From an uncultured Acidimicrobiia bacterium (GTDB lineage Bacteria > Acidobacteriota > Terriglobia > Versatilivoradales > Versatilivoraceae), in NCBI GenBank assembly GCA_963786955.1, contig CAWBAT010000003.1:96001-160000 (forward strand): a stretch of 64,000 nt of DNA, in the 5' to 3' direction. Both the position numbers and the translations under genes were made by a program. Of this stretch, positions 1 to 11,822 are shown one piece after another (the first letter of the stretch is position 1; each line of letters opens with the position of its first letter). A model generated the notes under the pieces. It had not been told where the DNA came from, did not search any database, and saw only the letters and a program-made list of their open reading frames with translations.

Positions 1-164
1 TCCACATAGTAGGTCCTGGAAAATTGGAGCGGTTTTTCCCAGGAAACAAACTCTCGCCCGTCAGGCAGCAGCACACCGGTACCCGTTGGCCCGGCAGTTA
101 ATGATCCACCAACGAGAATTCTTAGACTGAGGGCAGCAACAAGCAGCATTCGCCAGCTAATCAT
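1..164 (-). CDS. N-terminus of a secreted protein (runs off the window start), possibly right-handed beta-helix family
   Basis: Own translation from ATG at 164: MISWRMLLVAALSLRILVGGSLTAGPTGTGVLLPDGREFVSWEKPLQFSRTYYV. Signal-peptide-like start and a TYYV motif typical of beta-helix proteins. Not in the ORF track. Confidence 0.6.
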   Translation of the reverse strand, partial: MISWRMLLVAALSLRILVGGSLTAGPTGTGVLLPDGREFVSWEKPLQFSRTYYV

Positions 165-771
165 TGCAGGCAGTTCTACTTGAGGTTTTGTCTGGGACAG
201 GTATTTCACGCCGGGGATTTGCAGGAGTTTCCTGTTGCCGGGTTTTTGTTTCATTGGATCGCGAGCTCCTTTTGAGGCGTAAACCGCAAGACATTTATTG
301 GTTTATCGTTGTTAATGCAAGCTTCTGCCAGCGTGATTTCAGTCTAAAGAAGCATTCAGTTCATCTTTTGCTAATGCAGCGGAAGCCTGATTTCATATCT
401 TCGAGCAGTTTGGGGACATTAATGACAGCTTTGGAGAGTTCTCTCCTTAGGGTTAGATGCGGAGAGTGGACATTCAAAACCCCTGCTCTTGACTCTGGCT
501 TCGCTTTCGGCAAGGTCATTTGCCGCGGCGAAGAAGTAAAGAAGAGAATATGATGTTTTCAATAGAGGTTGCAATCTTTAGCTGAGAAAAGGAGATAGAA
601 TTTATTGTCGGATAAGGGGTGTGCGCGCACAGGGAAGGAATATTAGTTCCGCCCCACAGTTATCGAAATGTACAATAATAAGATTTGAAAATTAGACCGG
701 CAATTCTCAGTCAATCCCATGGATAATATTCTTGAATCACGTAAATGATAGCCGAGGGGCTTTACTTTAAA

Positions 772-1830
772 ATGCTATTCTCCGCTCGGAGAAATCTAAT
801 TTTTCCGTTTCTGGTTATCGGAGCTGTCTCTCCTTGCCAGTCTGATTCTCATAGAGTCAGCCTACCGGATTCAGGTAATCGACTTCTACCGTCCGGAATT
901 GATCGCCTTTAATTCAGACAACGATCTCCATGATTCCTCCCAAAAGCCAACGTTACTTGTTTTTGGAGACTCTTTTTCAGCTTGGAACGAATCCTATCTC
1001 AACAGTTTGCGAACTCAGTTGCATTGCCTCAGGATCATCAACTCCAGCATTTCGGGTTCTGGGATTGTTCAGGCCTCCTAATCGCTAAATCAAGAATTCA
1101 ACAGTTTCGGCCGTCCAAGTTGATGGTCCAGATTTATGTCGGCAATGATTTGTTTGATATCACTTATCCGACCAACTGGAAAACTCTCTCTCTGATTCAG
1201 AAATATTGTATTGGGGAAGCTTCTAATAATTTTCGTTCTCTGGCATTTATTAATTACCGTTTGGGCCAGGTTAATGCAAGGGCATTGGCCACCGGGCTAT
1301 CGGCCCTACCAGCCCCAAAATCCGTTTATCGCAAGTCATGAAGAATTTTCACCAGACAAGTTTCAGAACAATGAAAAATTGATTCTTAATAGCTGATCCG
1401 CGATTGATCGAGAAAGAGATTCTTCTTCTCGACGATCGTATCAAGGATTTTGATTTCCTAGTGAAGAAGCTCCAATGGATCGCTTCCATTAAAGCGCCAG
1501 ACTGTACTCTCTATCTTCTGGTAATCCCCCATTCATGTCAGGTCAGCCAGGCTTACCTCGAGAGAACGAAAAGGTTGGGTGCGAAGTTTGAAAACCAGAC
1601 TGGATCGAGCAAAATGAGTATCCCTTTGTCCAACAACTGCGGCAAAGAGTCAAAGAGGCCATTGTTATCAATCCCTTGAAGAGTATTCAAGAAGCGGAAA
1701 ATCGGGATTCCTCTGTATTTGGCCCAATGATATTCACCTCAATCCCAATGGGAATGAAGTTCTGGCCAATTACGTCTCAGCCATTTTAATGACCGATCAT
1801 CAACGAACTGAATGTGCGTCCAACCAATAA
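772..1830 (+). CDS. SGNH/GDSL hydrolase-like membrane-anchored protein (frameshifted)
   Basis: Joined fragments give block I FGDSFS, block III YVGNDL and C-terminal NDIHLNPNG (DxH). Stop TAA at 1830. Confidence 0.7.
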
Positions 1831-2176
1831 ACTCATGACAACAGACTGCCATCCTTACTTTGCTCGTTTCCCGCGAGAACGGTCATTCACAGCTTCTTGT
1901 CTAAACAATAATCGAAGCTCGCGGCAACGGTGAAACTGAAAGTTGGGTTCAAGCCAAATCCATTCATCATCTTGTATTCTCGGCAAAGCTGATGAGGTGA
2001 GATCAAAGCTGCGCCAGAGTTTGGAACGCCGTTTAGGAAAAGGTAATTTGAGAGAAATTCGAGAAGAGTGTAAGCTAAGAGATGTAGGGTGAGTTCACCC
2101 TGGTTAGGATTGCACCTGCGCTGTCTGTCCGAGACCCTCATCCAATGGATAGTCGATTTCATATGGGAACTGAAAA

Positions 2177-3487
2177 ATGAAGTTTCGGCGGTTAATGACG
2201 ATCCTGACTCTCATCCTAATCGCAACCCTTCCAAGTCTAGGCCAGCACCAGCCACCCCTGCCATTCTCATTCCGCCCACAGCTTCGACTCCTGCATCCAA
2301 TGATGAAATTCTTGCAGACGGAATTGATCAGGATGCAGATGGAATTGAGCCGCATTGCCCAGGACATGGACTCCGTTGATGCCAAGATGATGCTGGGAAT
2401 CGCCAACATAGCCTCCAGTGGAAATCCCAAGACTATCTCGGAGGCTCACGAATTGCTCTTCGGCTTACGGTGCGAGCCGTACGATCAAGGTTTTTACCGA
2501 TCCTGCGGGTAATTCCATCAAGTGGGAATCGTGTGTGAAGACCAGCAAACTATATATGGGTCTCTTTGACAAGGTCTTCGAGCTCATGAAGGCCGCAAAC
2601 CGCGCAATGAAAGAACTCTGACGGCTTCATCGGTCGCCGGCGGAATCCCCAGAACTGGTTCAACTCGTATTTCTAGCAAGAATGATGACAGAACTGCAAT
2701 TGCGCTGTTCAGAGTTGCAGTCTCAACTGATGAAAACCCCAGATGCTAAGGAGCAAGGACTCTGGCGTGGATTGCGCGAGGCTATTCAAAATGATGACCG
2801 GTCTTACCTGGACAGGTTAATGTACTCTTGACTCAGTCGGGTATGTCCATGCCCCAATTTGCGGCAAGAGTGGTCCTCGAAGTACAAAAGACGAATCACA
2901 CGGCAGCTGCCACCGTTGTCGAAGGAATGGCGATTGTCAATTCCGGGGAGGATATCTGGAGGTTATCTGAGATTCCGGAGATCAATCCTGAATTTCATCC
3001 GGTCTCTCGATTGCGACAAAAAAGCAATGAAGGATTTCATTGCAACAGGTTCCGATACCGCTTTCCTTCAGGTCCAAAAGTGCAGGAAATCTGCTGAGGG
3101 TCCATCCATTCTGGCTTTTAATACCAGACCCACCTGACCCGGAAAAATCTGCAATCGTTGTCGGCAAGACTCAGCCAAATTTTCGCGAGCTTTCCGAGCA
3201 TCCAGATATCTTTCAATTGCCGACAAGGACAGTCCAGTGGAGAATCGTCAAGCACTTACAAAGGGGATCCGAAAGTTGGGGCAGACCCTCCCCCATCCGA
3301 GGATAAAGGTGCTGCCTTTGGAGCCACATTCAAGGTGCGCCTCAGCAGAAGATCCCATCCTGGTGGATTCGATGTATGTGTCCCGAGCGACCATTCGGAT
3401 GCCGGCATGGTCGTCAGCGGCGTTCGATGGCATGCACCCGTACTCCAATGTCCAAACCCTGAATTAAAGCGTTATGAAGTGAAATAG
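2177..3487 (+). CDS. Hypothetical secreted protein (multiply frameshifted)
   Basis: Signal peptide MKFRRLMTILTLILIATLPSLG, then consecutive overlapping + strand ORFs to 3487. No family recognised. Confidence 0.45.
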
Positions 3488-3816
3488 CCGTATGCCTGAA
3501 AAACCTTAACGCGAGCGTCGCATAGAAGGAGTTGACAGGGAACATGTGTATCCTAAAAGGGCGTGGGTTGAAGAATGATCTCCTTCAAACGGCCTACCAT
3601 CTTTACTATCGAGACACTAGTGGTTACTTCTTTATCAAGTAGCTCTTTATATGAAGTCGATGCAGATGAACGACACTTGCGATTGGGAATGGAAACAGCG
3701 CTCCACATTTGTCCACGTGATTGGGCGCAGGATGAGTGAATGATAATTATCATGATCGAGCTTCCGATTAACACCCACTGATGATCAATCAAGCATGATA
3801 ACCCTCTAAAGAAACC

Positions 3817-5211
3817 GTGGCCGAACGCAAGCTCACGAATCACGATATAAATCCCGAGATATTTAAAACCATCATCGAGCCATTCAAAATCAAGACGGTC
3901 GAACCCATTCGTTGGACATCCCAGAATGAGCGCGAGACGTTGCTTCTCCGGGCTCACCATAACTTGTTTCTGCTTCCGGCGGATGCCATTCTCATTGATC
4001 TCTTGACTGATTCAGGCACGGCCGCCATGAGCACGCGACAATGGTCTGCCATGATGGTAGGCGATGAGAGTTATGCTGGGAGCCACAGTTTTGAACACTT
4101 TCGCCAGACAGTTCAGAATATTTTTGGTTTTTCACATGTCATTCCCAACCCATCAAGGCCGGGCTGCTGAGCGCATCCTTTTTACAGTAATGTGCAAGAA
4201 AGGGGATATCGTTCCGAACAACACTCATTTTGACACCACTCGGGCCAACATTGAGTTTGTTGGCGCTGAAGCCCTCGACCTGATAATCCCGGAAGGGACG
4301 CGACCCGGCTTATCTCCACCCTTTCAAGGGGAACATGGACATTGGCAAGTTAGAGCAACTCATCGACCGGGTTGGAGCCGCTCGGATTCCCCTCGTCATG
4401 TTGACGATCACGAATAATTCGGGTGGTGGTCAGCCTGTTTCGTTGGAAAATATGCGCGCCGTTAAGGCCATCTGTCGGCGTCATTCCATTCCGCTTTATT
4501 TTGACGCTTGCCGTTTTGCGGAAAATTCCTATTTCATCAAACTGCGGGAACAGGGGTATGAGAACAAGACACCCCGAGAAATTGCGCGTGAGATGTTCTC
4601 CCTCGGGGACGGCTGCACCATGTCGGCTAAGAAAGATGGACTCGCAAATATTGGGGGATTTCTTTGCACCAACGATGACGGTCTCGCGCAGCAGGAGGAG
4701 AATCTACTGATCCTGACGGAAGGGTACCCCACTTACGGCGGTTTGGCAGGGCGCGATCTCGAGGCCGTTGCGGTCGGACTTGAAGAAGCCCTCGAAGAGG
4801 ATTACTTAAAGTATCGAATCGTCTCCACAGCCTATTTGGGCAGCCACATTGCGGAACGAGGAGTGCCAATCGTTCAGCCCCCGGAGGGCATGCGATCTAC
4901 ATTGATGCCCGGGCCTTCTTGCCTCACATCCCCCCGGAAAATTTCCCCGGGGTGGCCCTCGCCAATAAGCTCTATCTGGTGGCGTGGGATCCGTTCCGTT
5001 GAAATCGGGTCCCTCATGTTTGGGCAACATGCGAGAATGGATTTGGTGACGGCTCGCGATCCCCCGCCGAGTCTATACGCAAAGTCATATGGACTACGTG
5101 ATCGAGGCTATTTTGAAAGTATGGGAGAAGCGAGATGAAATCCGCGGGCTAAGACTTACTTACGAAGCGCCATTTCTCCGGCATTTTACGGCCCGGCTGG
5201 AGCTTCTGTAG
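3817..5211 (+). CDS. tnaA: Tryptophanase (PLP beta-eliminating lyase), frameshifted
   Basis: [35 protein letters not shown] lysine motif MSAKKD, RSVEIGS (TnaA-like rather than TPL SMERG), C-terminal LRHFTARL, stop at 5211. Confidence 0.85.
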
Positions 5212-5312
5212 TCATGCGGGGCGCATTCAGGCATCCACTTTGGGAGGGGCGAAGCAGTCCTTCAGCTCGGGGGATGGTACCGCCCCACTCCATCGAGTAA
5301 AAAGGAGGATTT

Positions 5313-6164
5313 ATGAAGGGAAGTGCGGAAAGCGAAATTAGAAACGTCACTGATTTGTGTGAACCCGCCCACCAGTTCCAAAAGAATAGGGCTATCTTTC
5401 CCGATCGCTACTCTTTCTTTTTTGATTGTCGAGTGCTGATCCATGCCGCTTACGGCCAAGAATCCAGTTTGTCACAGCCGGGGATCAAATTGTCGGAGCA
5501 ACAAATAATTGAAAAGCTGGAGAGCCTCGGAGGCCGTATTTTCAAGGAGTCAGGACGTGTTGTTGACGTGAACATGGACGAACCAAAATTGAGGACAAGG
5601 ACTTGTCTCTCATTGCTTCGCTCGCAGACGTGACGGATCTCTCCTTGGAACAAACCCAGATGGGTGACTCTGGGAATCGCTATCTCGAAAGCCTCAAAAA
5701 ACTCGAATGGCTGAATTTGTACGGTACGCAAGTGACTGATGCCGGAATGAAGGTGTTGCAAGGATTCAATAACCTCCAGCATCTGCCCATCGGTAGGACA
5801 AAGGTGACGGACGTCGGGATTGGCGGAGTTGGGCAAAATGTCGCAACTCAATTATCTTGGACTTCGTGGCGATAACGTGTCTGATAGCGGGGTGAAATAA
5901 TTGGGAAACTTAACAAATCTCACCGGACTCCACCTTGGCGAAACGAAGATCACTGACAACGGTCTGGTCTATTTGCAGACCTTGACCAAGCTTAAGAAAC
6001 TCTGGTTAAACAATACCTTCATATCCGATGAAGGATTAGCCCACCTGGCCACGCTCAAGAATCTCGAGCAACTTCATATTTACGAAACGCAAGTTACGGA
6101 AGAAGGGTACAGGCAACTTCATTCGGAATTGCCTGAATGTCTGATCATTTATCGTGTGGAGTAA
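5313..6164 (+). CDS. Leucine-rich repeat protein, probably secreted (frameshifted)
   Basis: Repeated 24-aa units such as LKKLEWLNLYGTQVTDAGM, LTGLHLGETKITDNGL and LEQLHIYETQVTEEG. Confidence 0.8.
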
Positions 6165-6345
6165 AAGATCTAGAACAGACGCGCTCCCCGAGGACTGCTA
6201 AAGCGGAGCATTTCGAAGGACTATAGAAGCGAAGGTGGGGATCCAGTATCAGTATCCTTCATGGTTGAAAGAATCAACGGACGAGCGATTGAGAAAAGGT
6301 CCCATGCGACCTAGATAAGAGCGTTCAGCTTTGTCAAGCTTAACC

Positions 6346-6525
6346 CTAGGCTACCTTATTGGTTTCATCAACCTCCGCCGATACATCTTGCGTGAGTTTG
6401 TCATCAATGGATTTAAACATATAGGATTTTTTCCGCATTTGCAGCAATGAATGACCGATGAGTAACAATCCCCATACTCCATACAACAAAGCAAAACTCA
6501 GGATCACAATTCGTTCTAGATCCAT
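6346..6525 (-). CDS. Small single-pass membrane protein (59 aa)
   Basis: Own translation MDLERIVILSFALLYGVWGLLLIGHSLLQMRKKSYMFKSIDDKLTQDVSAEVDETNKVA*. One hydrophobic helix followed by RKK. Just below the ORF-track cutoff. Confidence 0.6.
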   Translation of the reverse strand: MDLERIVILSFALLYGVWGLLLIGHSLLQMRKKSYMFKSIDDKLTQDVSAEVDETNKVA

Positions 6526-6704
6526 ACTCTTGTCTCAGTGTACTTAATTGCGGTTATCCGATTTGCCTTCGAAACGCGAAAGCAACTGGGCACGGATTTA
6601 ATGGTTGTTTGCCTAAAGAGATCTGGTTTGGCTACAAATCGTGCAAGAATTTCCAATCTCTGCAGAAGCCATCATCGCAACAATTGATCTACCACATATT
6701 TTTA

Positions 6705-6723
6705 GGGCATGAATCATGCCAAA
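6705..6723 (-). promoter_or_regulatory. Putative sigma54 -24/-12 promoter for the small membrane protein
   Basis: Minus strand TTGGCATGATTCATGC (GG-N10-GC). The core GGCATGA-A-TCATGCC is also palindromic. Confidence 0.5.
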
Positions 6724-6982
6724 CTCCATTCTCTGTTTTCCTTGAGGATTAGAGGAAGCTAGAGGCAAACGACAACGGAAAAATTACATGGTTTGACTTT
6801 GGATCAGCAAAAATTACCAATCGTTTTGCTGACCGCACCCCAGAGTATTGATTTCTTTGCCTGAAAAGGGAATTGCATCTGAGCAACTATTGTTGCCAGA
6901 AGTCCAAGTTCACACGCCATATTGAACACGGGTCTGGAGAAATCATCGGAAACACGATTTGTTCTCATCACGCACGTGTCGA

Positions 6983-8879
6983 TCAGATTCTCTCCTGCTG
7001 CTGATCTGAGGATTCCTTGTACGGGATCACCAGTACCGGACGATCGACGCGAGACAGGACTTGAAGGATCAAGCTATCCACGGCAACACTCTTGCGGGAG
7101 TCCGGATCTGTGCTGTCCTATCACAAGGATCTCATGATGTCCCGTATGGAATTCAGCGATAATCCCTTGCACAGGTGTGGAAGCCTGACGAAGGCTCAAA
7201 TCACAGCTGACTCCAAGCTCTTTCAATGCTGTAAGCTCGCGATTCAGATGGGATTCGGTCTCAGGGGTTAGCTTGTCTGTGGCTGAAGCCAAATGCAGGA
7301 GCGTTACCGGCAGTCCCAAACGCTGGGCTAACCGGCCTCCGACAAGAACATCGATCAGGTCTTTCTCACCGTCTGCCAAGTAGATGACCATGCGTTCCAT
7401 CTCATGGCTTCTTCCGTTGACCACGAGCACCGGTATCGTCGCGTTTTTCAAGATTCTCATGAGCGTTGAACTGATTCGATTGGGGCGGGGATCGAATCTT
7501 CCAAACAGTCTGGGTTTGACCGACAGAATTAACATCTCATAAAGTGTTTCCGTCTGCTCACGGGTGATTTGGTGAACGGGATTTCCGTATCGGAGACGCA
7601 AGTCAGCATGGGAAAAGCCCGCCTTTTTCTGACGTTTCGTCAGTCTGTTCATAAACGCGTCACCCGATTCAGAGTCCTGGCTAATTCCAACTAAACTAGC
7701 CGCTGCATTTAGCCGTTCGACGAGTTGACGGGCTATTTTCAGCGCAGTTATGGGACCTCTGCCATCATCGTAGACCAACAGACGGGCCGGTGGTTGCTCC
7801 AGAATGTGCCACTCTTTTAAGCTGATCCAGGGATCACATTCGGGCAGCTTTAAATCTGTAGGGAGAATAGCGTCGAACCGCAGTCCTTCTTCTCCGAATG
7901 GGAGCGGGGGAGAAATCTGGTGGGTCTCAGTCAATCGAGGAAGGGACACTCGGACTCGCCGAGAGGCCGCTGCAAAACTCGTCTCTATAATTTCACCCCG
8001 ACCGAGCAATGGTTTGTCATTGTCCGGTTTTTCGGGGGTAAGAATCACATGCTCAGGCCTGAAGAGCAGTTGTATCGACGTTCCCTCGGTATGCGGGACA
8101 GATGAAGGTATCGGGAGTCGAACGGGACCGAAGCACCCAGCGCCATCTTTGACTTTCCCGACGAGCACGGTCCCATTGCCAAGGAACGTTGCGCCAAAGA
8201 GCGTCTTCGGTTTTCCATAAAGTTTTTCCGCAACGCCAATCTCCAAAAGCTTTCCATGTTCGATGACCCCAATCCGGTCTGCTAGCTCAAAAGCTTCCTC
8301 CTGATCGTGAGTCACCAAGATCGTCGTGATTCGGAGCCTCTGTTGGATTGCCTTAAGGCTCCTTCGCAGTTGGGTGCGCGTCTTCCCATCCAACGCCCCG
8401 AAGGGTTCGTCGAGCAACAAGACCTTGGGTTGATAGGCCAAAGCCCTCGCCAGAGCTACCCGCTGTTGCTGTCCTCCGGAAAGCTGGTTTGCATAGCGGC
8501 TTCCGAAACCGGGCAGTCCGACTAGGTCGAGCAACTGGGCGAGTCTTCGCGCCCGGTCGGCTGCTGGCATTTTGCGGATCTTCATCCCGAAATCAACATT
8601 TTGGGCGACATTCAGGTGTTGGAAAATTGAGTAATTTTGAAATACAAATCCAATTCTGCGTTTTTGGGGAACCCATTGAGTGACATCTTTCCCCCCCAGC
8701 AAGATTCTTCCTCCGTCCGGTATTGAAAGACCCGCGATCATCTTCAGGATCGTACTTTTGCCACTGCCACTAGCCCCTAACAAAACAAAGAACTCCCCAT
8801 CCTGAATGTCGAGCGAAAGATCGTCGACGATTGTCTGGTTTCCATATCGCTTGGTGAGCTGTTTCAGAATGATGGACAT
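6983..8879 (-). CDS. cysA: Sulfate/thiosulfate-type ABC ATPase fused to tandem universal stress protein domains
   Basis: GASGSGKS, LSGGQQQR, LLLDEP. Two USP-like repeats ending IPVLVV and, after a frameshift near 7100, RPVLVIP. Stop at 6983. Confidence 0.8.
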
Positions 8880-8922
8880 GAAATGTGTGTTCGGTACCCC
8901 TCATGACATTTTCTTCAGTCAA

Positions 8923-9771
8923 TCAAAAATCGTCTCCAGCATTTCCAGGTCGGCCCGTAGAGTGAATGAGAAGGAAGAATATGCAGAATGAGACGAGGGC
9001 TAAAAGGGCCGCCACTGCGTTAGCAGTCGCGATGTTGCCCGCCTCAAATTGAGAGAAGATATATAAAGGTGCGGTCTGTGTTCTGAGTTGGAGATTACCT
9101 GAAACGAGAACCGTAGCCCCAAATTCACCCAAAGAGTGAGAAAAAGTTAAGAGAGTTCCGCTGAAGAGACCCCCTTTCAGCGAAGGCAGGATGATGTACC
9201 AGAAGGTTTGCCAACGGTTGGCTCCAATCGTATAGGCGGCCTGCTCGTAAGTGGTCTCTTGTTCATCGAGAAGTGGTTTTACGGCTCCCAGCATGTAAGG
9301 AAAGGTCACAAATAGATGTGCCAGCAAGACGGCTGCTGGCGTAAACATCGGCTGTAGGCCAAGTGGATCAATCCAACGCCCTAGAAGACCAATGGGGCCC
9401 CACAGTAACAGGAGAGAAGTCCCGACGACGACTGTGGGAATTGCCACAGGCAAATTGATCATGATGTTCAAGGGCCGCTTGCCAACAAACTGGAATTTGC
9501 TGAGTACATAGGCAGTAAAAGTCCCGAGGGCAGCATTAATTGTGGCCGTAGCGAAGGCGATGAGAAAACTGAAGCGCAAGGCAAACTGGGCATCAGGGGT
9601 TGACAAAGCCGCAACGAAAGCAGATATGCCTCCTTTGAAGGCAAAAAAGAAGATCGCTCCCAGCGGCAAGATCAACAAGGGAAGTAAGAAAAGAATCAGA
9701 AATCCGACAGGAAGAGCGGCGGATGGCCGGTTTAACCGTATATTCCGTGAACCCAGAAAAGACACATTCAT
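8923..9771 (-). CDS. cysT: Sulfate ABC transporter permease (CysT/CysW family)
   Basis: LPVAIPTVVVG, EAA loop YEQAAYTIGA, SLGEFGA, multiple TM helices. Confidence 0.8.
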   Translation of the reverse strand: MNVSFLGSRNIRLNRPSAALPVGFLILFLLPLLILPLGAIFFFAFKGGISAFVAALSTPDAQFALRFSFLIAFATATINAALGTFTAYVLSKFQFVGKRPLNIMINLPVAIPTVVVGTSLLLLWGPIGLLGRWIDPLGLQPMFTPAAVLLAHLFVTFPYMLGAVKPLLDEQETTYEQAAYTIGANRWQTFWYIILPSLKGGLFSGTLLTFSHSLGEFGATVLVSGNLQLRTQTAPLYIFSQFEAGNIATANAVAALLALVSFCIFFLLIHSTGRPGNAGDDF

Positions 9772-10817
9772 CTCCTTATTCCCTTTAGAGCCTGGTTCTT
9801 CCAGATTCCCTCAATGATGTCTGATTTGGCTTTCCCCCATCCTCCAAATTCTTCGATGGAACAGAGATCGGGTATATTTCCGAAATCGGATCGCTCTTCA
9901 TTCAAGCAGTCATTGATACTTCGAAAGCCATAATTGACAAAGATCCGTTGAGCCTGATCACTCCACAAAAATGTGACGAAGGCATCCACAAGACCACGTC
10001 CCTCCGGGGGGATGTTTTTGTCTAATAAAACCAAGGTGTTCTCACATAAAATAGATGTTTTCGGATAGATAATCTCACCCCGCAAAATGCCTTTGGAACG
10101 ATCGAAGAGAACTTCTTGCTCGTCGGTGACCAACACATCACCAAAACCGTTTTCAAACATGGTTCGAGCCGCACGAGCTGAAGAAGCGCGAGCGACAACG
10201 TTGTTCCAAATGCCCGAGAGCATGTCAGCTGCGGCTGGCGAATTTCCCGAGTTAAGAGCCAGGGCAGAGCCGTATTCGGCCACAATCGCCCAGTTGGCCC
10301 CTCCCGAAGTCGAGGGATCGGGATGAATGAGTCGTATTCCGGGACGGGCCAGGTCTGCAAAATCCTGAACTCCTTTGGGATTTCCGGGCCGAACGAGCAA
10401 AACAATCGGAGTACGATTGAGAACCCCTCGATGCGGCAGGCGATGCCAACTCTGATCTTCAATCAAATGCGAGGCACTGAGTCTCTGGGCATCCAGTTGG
10501 AGGGAAAGCAAAGCCATTTCAGCTGGCACACCCAGCAGAAGCTGATTCGTGATTGTGCCGGATCCAGCGAAGGAGCTGATTATCTCGAGTCGTTCGCCGG
10601 ATTTCATGAACCAGAGATTCTCGAAGGCCGGAAAAGCGACTTGCTTCATCACCCGCTCTAGAATACTGCTGCCATAAAAAATGAGAGTCTTGGGCCGCGT
10701 TTCCCGCAGGCGGAAGGGTAACCAGGGCCAAAGGGCATAGATAAAGAGCATCCCCAGAAGTACACCAGTGATGGATCTCAGGAGGAAACGACCCAGCATC
10801 TTGCCGGTGATGACCAT
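9768..10817 (-). CDS. sbp: Sulfate-binding protein (Sbp/CysP family), N-terminally anchored
   Basis: VRPGNPKGVQDFADL, PDPSTSGGANW and GFGDVLV match Sbp family motifs. Overlaps the permease start. Confidence 0.75.
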   Translation of the reverse strand: MVITGKMLGRFLLRSITGVLLGMLFIYALWPWLPFRLRETRPKTLIFYGSSILERVMKQVAFPAFENLWFMKSGERLEIISSFAGSGTITNQLLLGVPAEMALLSLQLDAQRLSASHLIEDQSWHRLPHRGVLNRTPIVLLVRPGNPKGVQDFADLARPGIRLIHPDPSTSGGANWAIVAEYGSALALNSGNSPAAADMLSGIWNNVVARASSARAARTMFENGFGDVLVTDEQEVLFDRSKGILRGEIIYPKTSILCENTLVLLDKNIPPEGRGLVDAFVTFLWSDQAQRIFVNYGFRSINDCLNEERSDFGNIPDLCSIEEFGGWGKAKSDIIEGIWKNQALKGIRR

Positions 10818-10900
10818 TTTAGTCCCATTCTTCTTGTCTTATTCCAGATGTGATCCGAAGTCGTGCTTGAGCCATCGAGCAGATAAGGCGTCACTTACGA

Positions 10901-10916
10901 TGCAAGCAATGGACCA
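10901..10916 (-). promoter_or_regulatory. Putative sigma54 promoter of the sulfate ABC operon
   Basis: Minus strand TGGTCCATTGCTTGCA (GG-N10-GC with TTGCA -12 box), ~85 nt upstream of the sbp start. Confidence 0.5.
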
Positions 10917-11338
10917 TTAATATACTTATTTAGCTGAGGTCATTGCTCTACTCAAGTACTTATAAAACATGATTTTACAAGAACTAGGGAGTGTGGGAGA
11001 GGCGAGGTCCCTGGAGAGGTCGTGAGATGAGGTAGCAAAAATTACACATGTCCAGGGGGTTGGGAAAAGATTTGTACTGTTAAAACCATTTGCCAGTGTA
11101 GGCACTTTCACTATCCAGTCTAATATTTCCCCTGAGTCCGTAGAGAATCGTCGTAGGCCAAGAGGCTGCCCTGAGAAAAAGTGTATGGACGCTAATTTGG
11201 GAGGAAGTCATCATCTATCGATAATCCCTGTGATCCTGAAGAGAGTCGATGTATTCTCTCCATTGCACAGACAGAAGGAGTCTCACGAACGAGAAAGTTA
11301 CAGTCTTAATTCAATGAACCGCCGTTAGGGAGGAAATC

Positions 11339-11809
11339 ATGATTGTGGGTGAGCTGAAGCAATGGAAGAACATTAGTGGATTGGCTGGATTGGAAGGAGC
11401 TTTCGAGTTCTTGGAGAAAAATCAAAACCAGGAATTACCCCTAGGAAGATATCCGATCGATGGGGACGACATCTATGCCATCATCGTTCGTGCGCCATCA
11501 CGGCCCGATGAGGCGGGGCAATTTGAATCTCACCGGAAATACATAGACGTGCAGTATCTGGATGCGGGTATGGAGAGCATTGGCTACGCACCCATCGCCA
11601 ACTTAAATGTAGCGACTCCCTATCTGGAATCCAAAGATGTTGAATTCTATGAACTCCCCGAAAATTACGAAAAACTCTCCATGTATCCGGGCCGATTTGC
11701 AGTTTTTTTCCCAGGCGAAGGTCATCTCCCGAACTGCCACTTGGGGGGAGAACACCCGTTGAGCAAAATTGTCGTCAAGATCCTATCCTCGTTGCACAGA
11801 AGAAGTTGA
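11339..11809 (+). CDS. YhcH/YjgK/YiaL (NanQ-like) family protein
   Basis: FESHRKYIDVQY and FAVFFPGEGHLP motifs. GGAGG RBS. Confidence 0.9.
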   Translation: MIVGELKQWKNISGLAGLEGAFEFLEKNQNQELPLGRYPIDGDDIYAIIVRAPSRPDEAGQFESHRKYIDVQYLDAGMESIGYAPIANLNVATPYLESKDVEFYELPENYEKLSMYPGRFAVFFPGEGHLPNCHLGGEHPLSKIVVKILSSLHRRS

Positions 11810-11822
11810 ATCATTATTCAGT

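Noticed and set aside
164-553. 129-aa + strand ORF and the many short antisense ORFs in the track
   Set aside because: No recognisable motifs or RBS. Most are shadows of well-supported genes on another frame or strand.
3490-3816. TnaC-like leader peptide upstream of tnaA
   Set aside because: The short ORFs present (for example MQMNDTCDWEWKQRSTFVHVIGRRMSE) lack the W-x3-D...P-stop arrangement of TnaC.
6828-6841. GGGTGCGGTCAGC as another copy of the hdr enhancer
   Set aside because: Only a partial match, at different spacing from the sigma54-like box. Could be chance.
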